This document shows, piece after piece, positions 1-11,505 of a stretch of DNA of 19,736 nucleotides. Under the pieces are notes generated by a model. That model was not told the origin of the DNA. It did not search any database and saw only the letters and a program-made list of their open reading frames with translations. Each line of letters opens with the position of its first letter. Position 1 is the stretch's first letter. Origin of the DNA: Zygophlyctis sp. KS116 (Eukaryota > Fungi > Chytridiomycota); assembly GCA_054661495.1 (NCBI GenBank), contig BAAFSQ010000186.1, forward strand, positions 1-19,736, in the 5' to 3' direction. The translations under genes were made by a program, and so were the position numbers.

Positions 1-69
1 GCCAGTCTTTGAGTTCGGAGAATTTCGCGTTCCGCGCAAATTTTGTTGCAAATAACTTTTGATTATATT

Positions 70-600
70 TCAACAAAATTTATCAAGCGATCCATCTTGA
101 TTTAGTTTTGTTTTGAAGACCTATTTTCCATTTATTGCCGTCTTCCAGTAGGTAGTTCCATAGAAGCACTAAAAGTTTTGTTTGAGTTTAATGAATCCAA
201 TTCTGTATCAATAGCTTTCAACCATTGATCTTTAAAGATGATTTCATTGCATCGTCATATGTTTTTGGATCATTTTCTGAAATGTAAATATTTCCACAAT
301 GATGACAACTTGCTAAATTTGTAGAAGACAGTTGTGTCAATTCATGACTATTTGCAGTAGTTTCTTGATTATCATCGTCTTCTTGATTTGTAATTTCATT
401 TAAGAATTTTACATGACACGATCTTATGATCTTCTCTTCGTTATCTAAGGTTTCAAGTATATAACCGTTGTCCGTATTTCCAATCAGTATGCATTTAATA
501 GCTTTTGGAGCCAGAGTACGTGCTCTTAGTGATTCATCTAATAGTGCATAACAAACAGTACCAAATTTCTTAAAGTTAAAGCTTCGAATCTAGTGATTAC
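70..600 (-). mobile_element. Ty1/copia LTR retrotransposon pol remnant (integrase C-terminal region plus start of RT), degenerate
   Basis: The minus strand translates to FKKFGTVCYALLDESLRARTLAPKAIKCILIGNTDNGYILE...IIRSCHVKF, a copia integrase C-terminal SH3-like motif. It continues as ENDPKTYDDAMKS..DQWLKAIDTELDSLNSNKTF...LPTGRR...VFKTKLNQDGSLDKF, the RT N-terminus, with frameshifts and stops. Confidence 0.85.
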
Positions 601-959
601 TTTTCCTTGGAACTTTATTGGTGATCGATTATGCACAAATGTAGAATACATTAATGCCTTTGAAGCGTAAATTTCTGTAAATCAAATGGAGTCCAATTGG
701 GGAGACTGTAGAGTCTTCAGATGTATTTGTTTATTGATTCGCCAATTGAAGGATCAATGGTAAACAATGAAAATGATGAATTATCATCGAATGAAGAGGT
801 AATGCCGAAGTTCGAGAAAATGGTCCAGACGGAAGTAAATAGGACTGGATACCATTTGACGAACCGCCTGTGAGGAATCATTTTGGACCACCACAGTTTA
901 GTAAACGACGATCGCACTATCGACGTAGTTAACCAGAGGGCGATGAGCTTCCGGAGAGA

Positions 960-2105
960 TTGTTATTGGTTTCGAATGAGCCTGAAACCTACAAACAAGC
1001 AATGAAGTCAAAAGACTCTGATAAATGGCTCGAGGCGAAGAAGTCTGAGATGCAATCAATGAAAACCAATCATACTTGGGATTTGGTAAAGTTACCGACT
1101 AGAAGAAAATTGGTTGATTGCAGATGGACGTTCAAGATAACCGTTTTAAAGCAATGCTCTGCGCAAGGGGATCTCTCAAATCTATGGAATAGATTTTGAT
1201 GAACCTTTCTCCCCGGTTGTAAAATTTACCTCGATTAGACTTGAAAAAGCTGAGTTTCACAGTGATAGATGCAGATACTTACGTTTACACGAAACACTCA
1301 GGAAATAAGATGGTGATGATTTCACTGTACGTTGACGATCTTTTGATCGCTTCGAATGATAAAAATTTATTATTGGACGTGAAGAAAAGTCTGAATAAGA
1401 GATTCGAGATGAAAGATTTAGGAAGAGTCCAAATATGTCTCGGATTGGAGTTCGATTGGAAGTTGTGTGTTGAATCAAAATAAGTATATCGAAAGAATTC
1501 TTGAACGATTCAACATGGTAGATTGTAAACCAGTCGACTGTCCTATTGATAGTGGTCAAAAATTGACAAAAGCAATGTGTCCGTCTCCGGGGGAACAGCC
1601 GGAGATGAAGGACGTGCCGTATCGGAGTGCTGTAGGATCTCTGATATATTTAGTAACAGGAACGAGACCTGACATAGCGGTCGCTACAGGTGAGGTCCTC
1701 TGTGAGAATCCGGAAGACAGCACTGGGCAGCAGTAAAGAGAATCCTTAGATACCTTAGAGGAACAATGGAATGGATGTGGGTTTATTGTTTAACCCGAGA
1801 GATATTTCATTGACAGGGTACTGCGATGCAGATTGGGCGGGAGATTTAGATAATCGAAGATCTAAAACAGGTTACATTTTTGTGATAGGTGGAGTAGGGG
1901 TTTAACCTGTCTCTTGGAAGTCGAGAAGACAACAAACAGTTGCACTTTCAGCGACAGAAGCAGAGTACATGGCACTATCGGACGCAAGTCGGGAAGTGAC
2001 TTGGTTGAGAAGAATCTTGCTGAATTTCGATTGTGAACAATCAATACCAACCATAATTTTTGATGACAATCAAGTCTGTATTGCACTCGCGAAAACCCCA
2101 GTTGT
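960..2105 (+). mobile_element. Ty1/copia RT-RNase H remnant, frameshifted and internally deleted
   Basis: Motifs: EPETYKQAMKS..W..A...EMQSMKTNHTWDLV; GIDFDEPFSPVVKFTSIR; LYVDDLLIAS (YVDD); FEMKDLG; PYRSAVGSLIYLVTGTRPDIA; RNase H GYCDADWAGDLDNRRSKTGY...SWKSRRQQTVALSATEAEYMA. The QMDVKTAFL...LYGLKQ block is missing at about 1240. Confidence 0.95.
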
Positions 2106-2159
2106 AAATAAACATGCCTGCTGATAATTTTACCGATTTACACGTTGGCGTGACTGAGG

Positions 2160-2965
2160 TTCCTCAACTACTTCACAAGACATGGAATTAGTATGGAGGG
2201 CTTCCACATTTTATTAGAGTTCAAGAAGAAACAAATAGGCTTATACGAGAAGAATTGAATTACGATGTGAAATTTTGGAAAAACATGCTGCTCAAATACT
2301 AAATTTAAATCAGGAGCAGAAATATGCATTGAAGAAAGTTATGGCCAAAGCCTCTAGAGGTCAAGCATTATTTATTAATGGGCCAGGAGGGAGTGGGAAA
2401 ACGTATCTTCTATACAACACCATCATAGGAAAACCCGGAATTTTCCTCATATTATTGGATGGAGGAAGAACTGCTCACTCAAGATTCCAGATTAATTTAG
2501 ACACTTCAGAGTGCTTTCTCCAACGTCTCTCGGGGCAGTCTTTTGACTACGCAGTTGTATTTGACAATTTTGCTGAATTATTAACAAAAACTGTTTTGAT
2601 AATATGGTTTGAATGCTTCTTTGTACTCTCCTGAATTTTTGAATACGCTCAACGGAAGTGGTCAACCTCTTCACAAATTGGAACTTCAGGTATGATCTCC
2701 TGTCATGCTTCTAAGGAATTTGGATCCAGGTTGCGGTCTCTGCAATGGCTCACGGTTAATTATCACAAATTCGAAAAGTCATTTATTGGAATGGAATGTG
2801 TTATTATCTGTGGGAAATCTGCGGCTCAAGTTCTATTCATTCCTCTCATTGAGTTCATCCCTGAGAACGACCTGGCGTTTAGTTTTAAACGGCGCCAATT
2901 CCCAGTTGGGGTGTGTTATGCTATGACAGTAAATAAATCTTAAGGACTAACTTTTAAATATTGCG
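2160..2965 (+). mobile_element. Helitron PIF1-type helicase remnant (pseudogenised)
   Basis: Motifs: NRLIREELNYD; Walker A FINGPGGSGKTYL; LLDGGRTAHSRF; MLLRNLDPGCGLCNGSRLII; FKRRQFPVGVCYAMTVNKS*G. These are Helitron Pif1 motifs, broken by deletions, frameshifts and a stop. Confidence 0.9.
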
Positions 2966-3109
2966 AGTTTGGTAATAACAATTATTTCAGTGCGAAAATG
3001 AATATGCATTTCCAATTTTGAGACAGTTTTTGGTCAATACCTACCAGAGGTTCCGAAAAAAAGGGTGTTTGATTGACTCAAAAACACATAGATAGATGTA
3101 TCTCAACAT

Positions 3110-3549
3110 TAATAGAACCTAATGAAATACAGTTCCGTAATTACAGTGCTAAAACCTCAAGGGAGGAAGATTGTTGACTTTACAAAATAAAATAATGTAA
3201 TCAGGGCAGACTTGAGCCATACAAGGGTTTCTCTGATAAAAGCCGTATTCATTAAAATTTCAATCCATCAGATGAATTTAGTCACAGCATTTGTAAATGC
3301 ACCGCTTGATGAAGAAATCTTCATGAGACAAGCACCAGGGTTCATTGTACATGTAAAAAACCATGGTTTACAACCTTAAGGATGACTTCTTGAAAAAGCA
3401 AGTCTTCAGTGTTATGGATGTGACCTGCTGTGAAAGGTGAAACAAAAATGTTAACTTAATTATAGATGATTTGATGATTGCATCAAACTCTGAATCACTT
3501 TGTTCAATTTTACGAGAAAATTTTAATTAAAAATTCGAGATGATGAATG
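3110..3549 (+). mobile_element. Third copia RT fragment (5' part, interrupted by the hAT element)
   Basis: Motifs: QGRKIVD; RARL..QGFS; IHQMNLVTAFVNAPLDEEIFMRQAPGF (3263-3343); IDDLMIASNSESLCSILRENFN*KFEMM, ending at about 3549. Confidence 0.8.
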
Positions 3550-5566
3550 TATTTTTTAAGAAAGACAAATAAAATATATCTTAAATAGTTGTAGATATAT
3601 TTCGAAGATATATTTCTAGGGCATATTTTGCATTTTTAGTTTGAATCTCAGCATCTCAGCCTAAATTTTAATGAAGGAATCATCAGATATTGTTAAAGTT
3701 CCAGAGCATATTAAAATGTATTTTGAGGCTACAAAAGATGGCTACTGCTATCAATGTAAAATATGCCCAAACGTGCAAAAAAAGAAGAGTGGTACTTCTT
3801 GGGCCAATCTCATTTCTTATCTGAATGACAAGCACCCAGACTGGAAGGAACAATTGAAAAAAGTGAAAAACGGTGGTACTTTGGACGCATGGGTTGACAT
3901 GGATGGGATTAATTCTTATCGGTGGCTTGATTGGATTATCTCTGAAAACCTGCCCTTTAGTATTGTAGAGAAAGAAACTACTAGAAGTATTGTATCTCTA
4001 AAAAAGATCAGTGCGAAGAAATTAAAAGAATGTCTGCATATAATTACAAGGAAAGTAGAAAACATTATTTCCGACATGCTTCCTGATAAATTTGCTGTGA
4101 TTTTCGATGGATGGAGGGCAGGGGATACTCATTTTGTGGCACTTTTCGCTACATTTATGCATGAGGGGGCGAGAAAACAAATATTATTATGTTTTTCTCC
4201 CCTTCTAGATGAAACTTCTCAAGATGCTGTAGAGCACGTAGAGTTTATAAAGAAAAGTCTACAACTTTATGGTAAAAATTTACAAAATGTATGCTGTTTT
4301 ATCGGAGACAATTGTCAAAGCGATCGCAAATTTAGTTAAAATTCCTCTTATCAGTTGCCATTCTCATATATTGAATTTGGCCGTAAAAAATATTTTATTA
4401 GAAGATATTGTACCAAAAACTTTACTTCCGAAAGTGGTGGATTTAATCAAAGTCCTGAAAACTGCAAAGGGAGCTGCTCATTTGCGGAAGTACTGTAGTC
4501 TTAAGGCAGTGAAAAAAAATGAAACTCGCTGGACTAGCACGTATGATATGTTAGAGCGTTATCATAAGTATAAAAATTATTATTATTAACAATTTAGGTT
4601 ACTCCCTCACTTGTCTGAAATTGTAGATCCTTCAATTGTCAAAAAGTTTCTAAATCCCACGGAAAATCTTATTCTTAAGGACCTTCTTTCGAATTTAGAG
4701 CGCATCAATTGCATGATGATATACCTTCAAAGAGAGGATATTTCTCTGGCTGATGCTCGAAATTGTTTTGATGCTATACTTGTGGACTTTCCTGAATTAA
4801 AGAAATATCTTCAACCGGACGCTGAAATAATCCATACGGGTGATTTCACCAAGGCTGTAGTAAAGATTCAGAAGCAGAAATCAAATGATTTAAATACAAG
4901 AGAAAGAAGAATGTTCGAATCATTAAAGTCTCAGGTGTCTTTAAACGCATCAAGTAGCAATTTGATTGAAGATGGGGAGCCTTCTATTTTAGGTTTGTAT
5001 TTTAGGTTTTATTCAAGAAGCTGACTTACCTCCTGAAAAGAGAAGAAAAGTACCAAGCATTATATGGATTTAAGCTTTATTGTTCCAACGTCTAATTGTG
5101 TGGAAAGACTTTTTTCTGTTGCAAAGTATGTCTTTTTACCCCACAGACAAAGTTTAGTGCCCATTAATTTGGAATCTATACTATTTTTAAAAGGTAATTG
5201 CTCATTATGGGATAAAAAAAATCGCATTGGAAGCCTTTTCTGACGCTAAAAAAGAAAAAAGTACTGAAAGGAATAATAACGAATAAATAGGGGTTAGGAA
5301 TTCAACCTTTCAAAAACAACAGTTTTATATTTTATCACCTCTGGACTCTTTTGTAAAAATTGGACGGGCGGCCGTCCAAACAAAAATATTGCGTTGGAAG
5401 ATAACTGAATTTTGTATTTTTATGCTTTTTAATAGAATAAATATATTTTAGGATATATCTTTATCAAGGAATAAAATAATCTATTTTTGAAAAATCTAGA
5501 AAAAATAAATATATCTTCTTTTTGAAGAGGGGGAGATATATTTAAATATTATTTATCCAAGTTCCC
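3550..5566 (+). mobile_element. hAT-superfamily DNA transposon (approximate ends)
   Basis: A transposase pseudogene is flanked on both sides by AGATATATTT/AAATATATCT subterminal motifs, and it splits a copia RT into two collinear parts. A matching TIR pair and an 8-bp TSD could not be identified. Confidence 0.75.
3671..5243 (+). pseudogene. hAT transposase, disrupted
   Basis: Motifs: BED-like finger YQCKIC...NLISYLNDKHP; WIISENLPFSIVE; first catalytic D (FDGW); second D (IGDNC); CxxH (SCHSH); ETRWTSTYDMLERY; C-terminal dimerisation motif YMDLSFIVPTSNCVERLFSVAK...LESILFLKGN..W. There is a frameshift after GDNC (about 4315), a 30-nt intron at 4568-4597, and another break at about 4990-5060. 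Confidence 0.9.
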
Positions 5567-5670
5567 TTGGAACTTGTATGGGAACTCTTATATCGAACTC
5601 AATAAAAGTACATGACCGATTAAATATGACTGAATGTAAGCCGATTGATTGTCCAATCGCCAATGGAAGC
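5567..5670 (+). mobile_element. Copia RT continuation (3' part of the fragment at 3110-3549)
   Basis: LELVWE...RLNMTECKPIDCPIANG matches LEFDWK...RFNMVDCKPVDCPIDSG of the copia at 1446-1556, which is the sequence normally following FEMKDLG. Confidence 0.75.
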
Positions 5671-5713
5671 TGGGTTGGGTGGAAATTGGGTTTATACCAA
5701 TTTATTTCAAAGA

Positions 5714-6915
5714 TTACGTCGAAGCATCATAAAATGCATTGTTGTTGTTAATATGGAAGTGATTTGTGCTCTGATCTATGTCATGATATAATTGTTTAGA
5801 TTTTGGTTCAGATCCACTCAAATACTTTTCCAACCATGCACCAACGGTTCGTCCTGGTTTGTCCAAAATCGGGATCAAAAGGTATGAAACAAGTATCAAA
5901 GTCAGAGAAGTAGTGCAAACAGATATTAAGATCGCCAAATTAAGTGGAAATATGCTTTTAGCCAATTTATCAAACCATGTCCCAAATTGAAAATGATACA
6001 CGACCTAAAAATACAAACGTAGACCACGACAGTATCTGCTTCAAAAAATTACTAGTTTCAATAACAAATAGCATTGATAAACTAAACAAAAAGACATACC
6101 AACTCTCCTCCCATCCAGTGTCTCCAACGCCTTGTTTACCCTGAAAATACAAGATTGATCGGACGTAATTATCTAACGGGTCAACAAGATTCATGAATGA
6201 ATATTTGAAAGAGATCATCCAAGTGAGAGTCATTAATCCGACTTGTAAATATGTACAATATTTGAATTTAGATATTCGATCTAAAATCCCATTCATGGAT
6301 AGTTCAGCAAGTAATAATCCACCTAAAAAATGAGTCATCCAGGAATGTGTAAGCTGAAACCAAATGATCAAGGCAACTAAAATCTTCCAGCGTACGTTAC
6401 TGTTTTTAAATGAAGAAATGTACCTTCTTCTAGGGAAATGCAGCAAAACAAATGTAATGATATATACTAAAAAGTTTCCTTTCAGTTCAGTTTGCAGTGT
6501 CCAAATCGCCCTGCAATTCAATTTAGAAAAAATACCATGTTAAGTTTTTCGGACGTTGGCCGTCATCTAGTAAGAACCAAATAGGATCCAATATGCATTC
6601 GCTTATATTATTTACACTAAATACTTTGACGAAACAATAATCCAAAAGCATTATAATTTGGAGTGGTAAAAGCAAACGAAATGGCCTTTTGATCATTGAA
6701 GAAACTAAAAGATTTGGAGCTTCTAATTTTAAACAGCTGATATTATTCACTCTTCCAGATATAATGAAGAATATCGGCACAAAAGCATTCCATTTCTGGT
6801 AGGCGAGAAAGAATGGCAGTAAATCTTTGTGAACATATGGAAAAAAGTGGATAAAGTAAACCCAGAGAGATGATAGTCCTCGAATACCATCAATATAATA
6901 TAGTTTTTGTTGCAT
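5714..6915 (-). CDS. Acyltransferase-3 (OafA-like) membrane O-acyltransferase, probably frameshifted
   Basis: Motifs: YIDGIRGLSSLWVYFIH; FFIISG; KRPFRL; WTLQTE; FLGGLLLAEL; LGRVSFSI. A 25-nt intron at 6511-6535 restores LTW-AIWTL. At about 5985 the expected YLxH motif is absent and the frame shifts into GTWFDKLAK... with no GT-AG intron that fixes it. Confidence 0.8.
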
Positions 6916-7754
6916 GTGTCGCTCTGATTAGCGGTCGTTGAACTTTTTAATTTTGAAATTTCGGACATAAAATAGTGACACTGACACTTTAATTTTTCAC
7001 GAATCAGAACTTAAGATTTTTCATATGTTTAATTTCATAATTTTATTGTTATCAAACATAAAGGTATATTGATTCCGCATCAATTGAGCTGGCAAAACAA
7101 TTTATATAACATGATCCAGGGCTAGGAAACAGTAGATTTTTTATTTTTTTCTTAAAAATTGAAATTTCTAATTCTGGCAGTGATGATTAATACCATGCTA
7201 ATTCTGATCCAGTTGATGCAAAAGTTATATCTGAGCCTTATTCAATCATCTTAAATACATTTTTAATTTTTTTATTGAGTTTGATTTTGATTTTGAGACT
7301 TTTGACTCTATTGGAGGTTAGGCTTATGTCGATGCCAGTATCCCAAGAACAGTTTGATTAACGATTAGAAGCAAACATGATGTAATGATTTCCGATTATT
7401 TTTTGAGATTCGACATCGACGATCTGCGTGCCCAAATACCAGATGGCTAAAGACGTTTCTGAAAAAATTTCAAAACTGAGATGCACAAACAGACATTTAA
7501 AAAACCTCAAAAGATTGATTTTTTTTCACTTTTACAAGTGTACTTTAAAAGTAATTAAAGTTAGTTTAGATAGGCTGGCCAATCGGATAATCCGAATCAA
7601 AGGGATGAATATCGGACATTTTGAAATTATGACGTAATATGAAGTTTCGCTACTTTGGGTTAATTCTGTGGGTCTTGGCATCGACGATTTGCATGCCCAA
7701 CCGTTTATCGTGGCAGATGATTAAAGACGTTTGTTTTCAGTGGCTAATAAAAAA

Positions 7755-8725
7755 ATGGAACGAAAGACACAAACGCAACCAGACAACGGTCTTCCCAAAA
7801 AGCAATTGGTCAGCCCAAACTTACTCTTCTTATCAATATTGAATGCAGAATTCACTGCAAAGTATGATATTGAATGTCTGATCGGATGGGGAGGCTTTGG
7901 AACAGTTACAAAAGTTAGACGCAAGGGCTCTTGTGAATCAATGTCTTTAGCGTGTAAATTCATCCCAAAATCAAAAGTATCAAATTTAAGATTAGAAGCA
8001 GGAACTAAAATTCCAATGGAAGTGATGTTTTTGCAAAAGGTAACCATATTCAAAATAATATCTAGTTAAAGCATCCAAACATTATTTCATTCATTGATTT
8101 TTTTCACGACCAAAAATACTATTACTTAATCACAGAATGCCATGGTGAAATAAAAAATAAAGATATGGTGTCTTTTACACAGAGAAAGGCTATGGATCTC
8201 TTCGAGTATATTCTAAACAAGCTAATCTAAAGATATATTGAAGTCAATGGATTCTTGTCCGAATCTGCAACAAAGAAAATTTTCAAACAAATAATGTCTG
8301 CAATATCTTACATGCATTCTGAAGGAATTGTTCATGGTGATATAAAAGATGAGAATATACTAATTGATGAATATGAAAATATCAAACTCATAGATTTTGG
8401 ATCTGCTGCATTCTATCAAAAGAAAAAATTCAGTAGATTTTTAGGCACAATTCAGTATGCAAGCCCTGAAATACTACGAGGAGAAATGTTTGATGGGCCT
8501 TCGGCAGAAGTGTGGGCTTTAGGATGTTGTTTATATACAATGCTTACGGGCCAGATTCCTTTTAGATCAAAGAAGCATGCTCTTTTTTCAAGTTTCTTTC
8601 CCCCAATCAGGCCGCTGTCTCATAGCTGTCATGATTTAATCGTAAAGATGTTGGAAAAAGATCCCAAGCTAAGATGTACAGTTAAAGATGTAGCAAATCA
8701 TGATTGGATTGTAAAAATAAACTGA
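7755..8725 (+). CDS. Ser/Thr protein kinase, CAMK group (PASK/PIM-like); exons 7755-8039, 8066-8205, 8233-8725
   Basis: Motifs: GWGGFG; ACK; PMEVMFLQK|LKHPNII; MDLFE|YIE; HGDIKDEN; DFG; GTIQYASPE; VWALG. Introns 8040-8065 (26 nt) and 8206-8232 (27 nt) join the frames exactly. Confidence 0.92.
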
Positions 8726-9204
8726 TCTAAAATGATTCTTGTACTTTTATAATTATGTCCGGTCCATATTTCTGTTTTGTGCGGCTGTATAGAAATAATC
8801 CAGGACTGAACCATGTGGTGATTGACAAACCATGTGGTGATTGGCAAAAGATTGGCAATATCCTCAAAATGTAACGACTTTTGCTGGTAGATTCTACTGT
8901 TGTCGGTAGATCAGCAGGACATTCAGATGGCATTGGCAGGAAAATAAAGGTAGTCTTTTTTTTCGAGATTATTGCACCGAGACAAATGATTCATGCGTTC
9001 ATTCATAAAATAATCGGACTCCTTTAATCGGACAAAATCATATTGGATAATTATATCTAAGAGAATAAACTTTACCGAAGCCTTCTTTGCCGATTGATCA
9101 TTCTTTTGACGCTATTGGTGGATATTGAATCTATTCATAGATTCAATTTCCTAATAATAGCCTTTCCCCCTTCTATAAATAGCGGCAATTTCACTGTTAA
9201 AATA

Positions 9205-9708
9205 ATGAATTCCAACATCTTTCTTATCTCTGCTTCTCTTCTTGCATTAGCTGCTAATGCTCAAACCAAAAAGTACATCATTGGAAGTTCTTATTCAATT
9301 TCAGGATGTGATGGGAAATCAGATCAATCTATAAATATAGAGACTGGAAAGTGCTATTATGCAAAGGAAGCATGCATTGATAATCCTAACTTGAAGCCTG
9401 GATGTGATTTCCTCTCCATGCAATCTTTGGGAACTGATCTCAGTTTTGTAGCTACATGTTCCAATGGAAACATTTCAGTGGTTGGATTCAATGGAAAGAG
9501 CTGTAACAATCCTTCTGCCGCCATTCAAAATGGTACTGCGCTTGATATTCCTGTGGACACTTGCATTTTGAATTTTAAACTCAAATGCAGTGACGAGAAG
9601 AGCACCACAAAGACAAGTGCAGCTCCTACAGCGACGTATTCTGTATCTGCCGGATTTACCGCAATTCCAGGAATGGCTATGGGATTATTAGGAATTCTTT
9701 TTGTTTAA
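9205..9708 (+). CDS. Secreted Cys-rich protein with S/T linker and GPI-anchor-like tail
   Basis: ATG at 9205 begins a signal peptide (MNSNIFLISASLLALAANA). The protein has 8 Cys, a linker STTKTSAAPTAT and a hydrophobic C-terminus SAGFTAIPGMAMGLLGILFV. TATAAATA lies at 9174-9181. Confidence 0.85.
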   Translation: MNSNIFLISASLLALAANAQTKKYIIGSSYSISGCDGKSDQSINIETGKCYYAKEACIDNPNLKPGCDFLSMQSLGTDLSFVATCSNGNISVVGFNGKSCNNPSAAIQNGTALDIPVDTCILNFKLKCSDEKSTTKTSAAPTATYSVSAGFTAIPGMAMGLLGILFV

Positions 9709-9762
9709 ATAAACAATAAATCGTCTTCAGGGTATTTAAGTTTTAAGTAATGACAGTTTTCA

Positions 9763-11505
9763 TTACATTGGATACTTTAAAGGTGCTACAAAGATATTAT
9801 CTGTCTCTTCTTTACACGGAAATCTTAGTTTTGAAAGAAATTCAGAAAAGTCAGATTCTTTGTTTGTAGGGATCTGAAGTCCAACAAAGACCTTTCCAAC
9901 ATCCTAAATATTAAACTTATCAAAAGTATTACCCCTCCATCATTTCTATAATGCCATAACGAAACTAGTTTTTAAGTTATAAAGTATAAAATACCATTGA
10001 TGTCGTTTGGCAAAATTTCCAAAAATGTTCCCAATGCATTTGGCCTTTCCGGAAAAGAAAATTGAAAAAATCGTTCATTTAGAATTGGGCTCTGATATTT
10101 ACCGCAACCAATTAAATATCGACCATGAGACTTTACATATTCATTATCTGAAACATCTGTCGCAGTCATTCCTGCTTTTTGTAGACTGTCAATCAACTGC
10201 AGAATTCCTTCATCTCTATTTTCAATCACAACTGAAAGATAAATATTAGCTATATCATCATCCGAGTATCTATAACTGAATCCAGTCACATTATGAGGGG
10301 CTATAGCATGATACAACTTTACAAAACTAAAATTATAAAAACAAGAGTAACCTGCCACATCTTTCTGGAATTACAACACTTAAAAGAGCTTCACGTTTTT
10401 CACCTAGTTCCGCTCTATCAGCTACAAAACGCAAACGATCAAAATTCATATTAGCTCCACTTGCAATCGCAATAACTTTTTTATCGACTAGTTTTAAATT
10501 TTGAAGATATTTTTTTGCACCAGCGATTCCCAATGCCCCTGCAGGCTCAAGAATAGATCTAGTATCTTCAAAAGTATCTTTAATAGCTGCACATAGTTCG
10601 TCAGTAGTGACTAGTACAGTTGCATCCATTAAGTCTTTGCATATGCGAAACGTTTCATCCCCTACAGATCTAACCTAGAATTTAAGTAAAACAATTTACT
10701 GCTGCACCATCCGCAAAGAGCCCAACTTGATCTAAATCAGTTTTTTTCTTTGCTATAAGTGATTTTGTCATTGCACAAGCATCAAATGTTTCTACACCTA
10801 TTATTTTTACATGTGGATATAATCTCTTGACATAACTTGCAATCCCCGCCGCGAGTCCACCTCCTCCAATACAAATAAAAACGGCATAAACATCATTAAA
10901 ATTAGTTTGTCGACACATTTCCATCCCAATTGTTCCTTGACCACTTATTACTAACGGATCATCATAAGGATGAATCACTGCCAATCCTTTACTCTAGTTT
11001 TAATAAGGTATTTTACCTTTGCAATTCTATAACATTCTGCTTTCGCCTCATCAAAATCCGATCCAAACAATAATACTTTTGCTCCCAATCGTTGTACATT
11101 TTTCCATTTTATTGGTGGAGTATTTAATGGCATGATAATTGTTGCATTAATTAACAACTTTTGAGCAGCTAATGCAACACCTTGAGCATGATTACCAGCA
11201 GAACAGGTAATGACACCTTTAGCCATTTCTTCCTCTGTAAGATTTTTCATTTTATTATAAGCCCCTCTGAGTTTGAAAGAGAATACCGATTGTAGATCTT
11301 CTCTTTTAATGAGAATTGTATTATTAAGCCTATGAGAGAGATTTTTAGCTTCTTGCAATGGAGATTCTTTTGCAACATCATAAACTTGAGCCGTTAAAAT
11401 ATTCTGTAGATAATCGATTGGTTGATTCCAGATTCTTTGAGATAATTCATTGACTGAAAGAGCACTAGAGTTCGGATAAATCGCCGACGAATCGTTCTCC
11501 GTCAT
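9763..11505 (-). CDS. ILV1: Biosynthetic threonine dehydratase (6 exons)
   Basis: Motifs: [14 protein letters not shown]; [16 protein letters not shown] (PLP lysine); [10 protein letters not shown]; HPYDDP; GGGGL; [13 protein letters not shown]; two ACT-like regulatory repeats (IPER, FPERP, HYRN). Introns: 10994-11016 (23 nt), 10675-10699 (25), 10327-10351 (25), 9965-9994 (30), 9904-9932 (29). Stop at 9763-9765. Confidence 0.96.

Noticed and set aside
21-42. Imperfect palindrome AATTTCGCGTTCCGCGCAAATT resembling E2F sites
   Set aside because: It is at the window edge with no associated gene visible and is too short to support.
5360-5379. GC hairpin as a Helitron 3' terminus
   Set aside because: No CTRR follows at the expected distance, and it lies within the inferred hAT element, away from the Helitron fragment.
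7428-7842. ORFs 7428-7637 and 7639-7842
   Set aside because: They have no motifs, overlap the repeat and the kinase 5' region, and are likely non-coding.
8145-8182. Possible 15-18 nt in-frame introns in kinase exon 2
   Set aside because: The frame is open without them and there is no evidence for splicing.
8727-8933. 68-aa minus-strand ORF tail-to-tail with the kinase
   Set aside because: It has no recognisable homology and spans a tandem repeat, so it cannot be supported as a gene.
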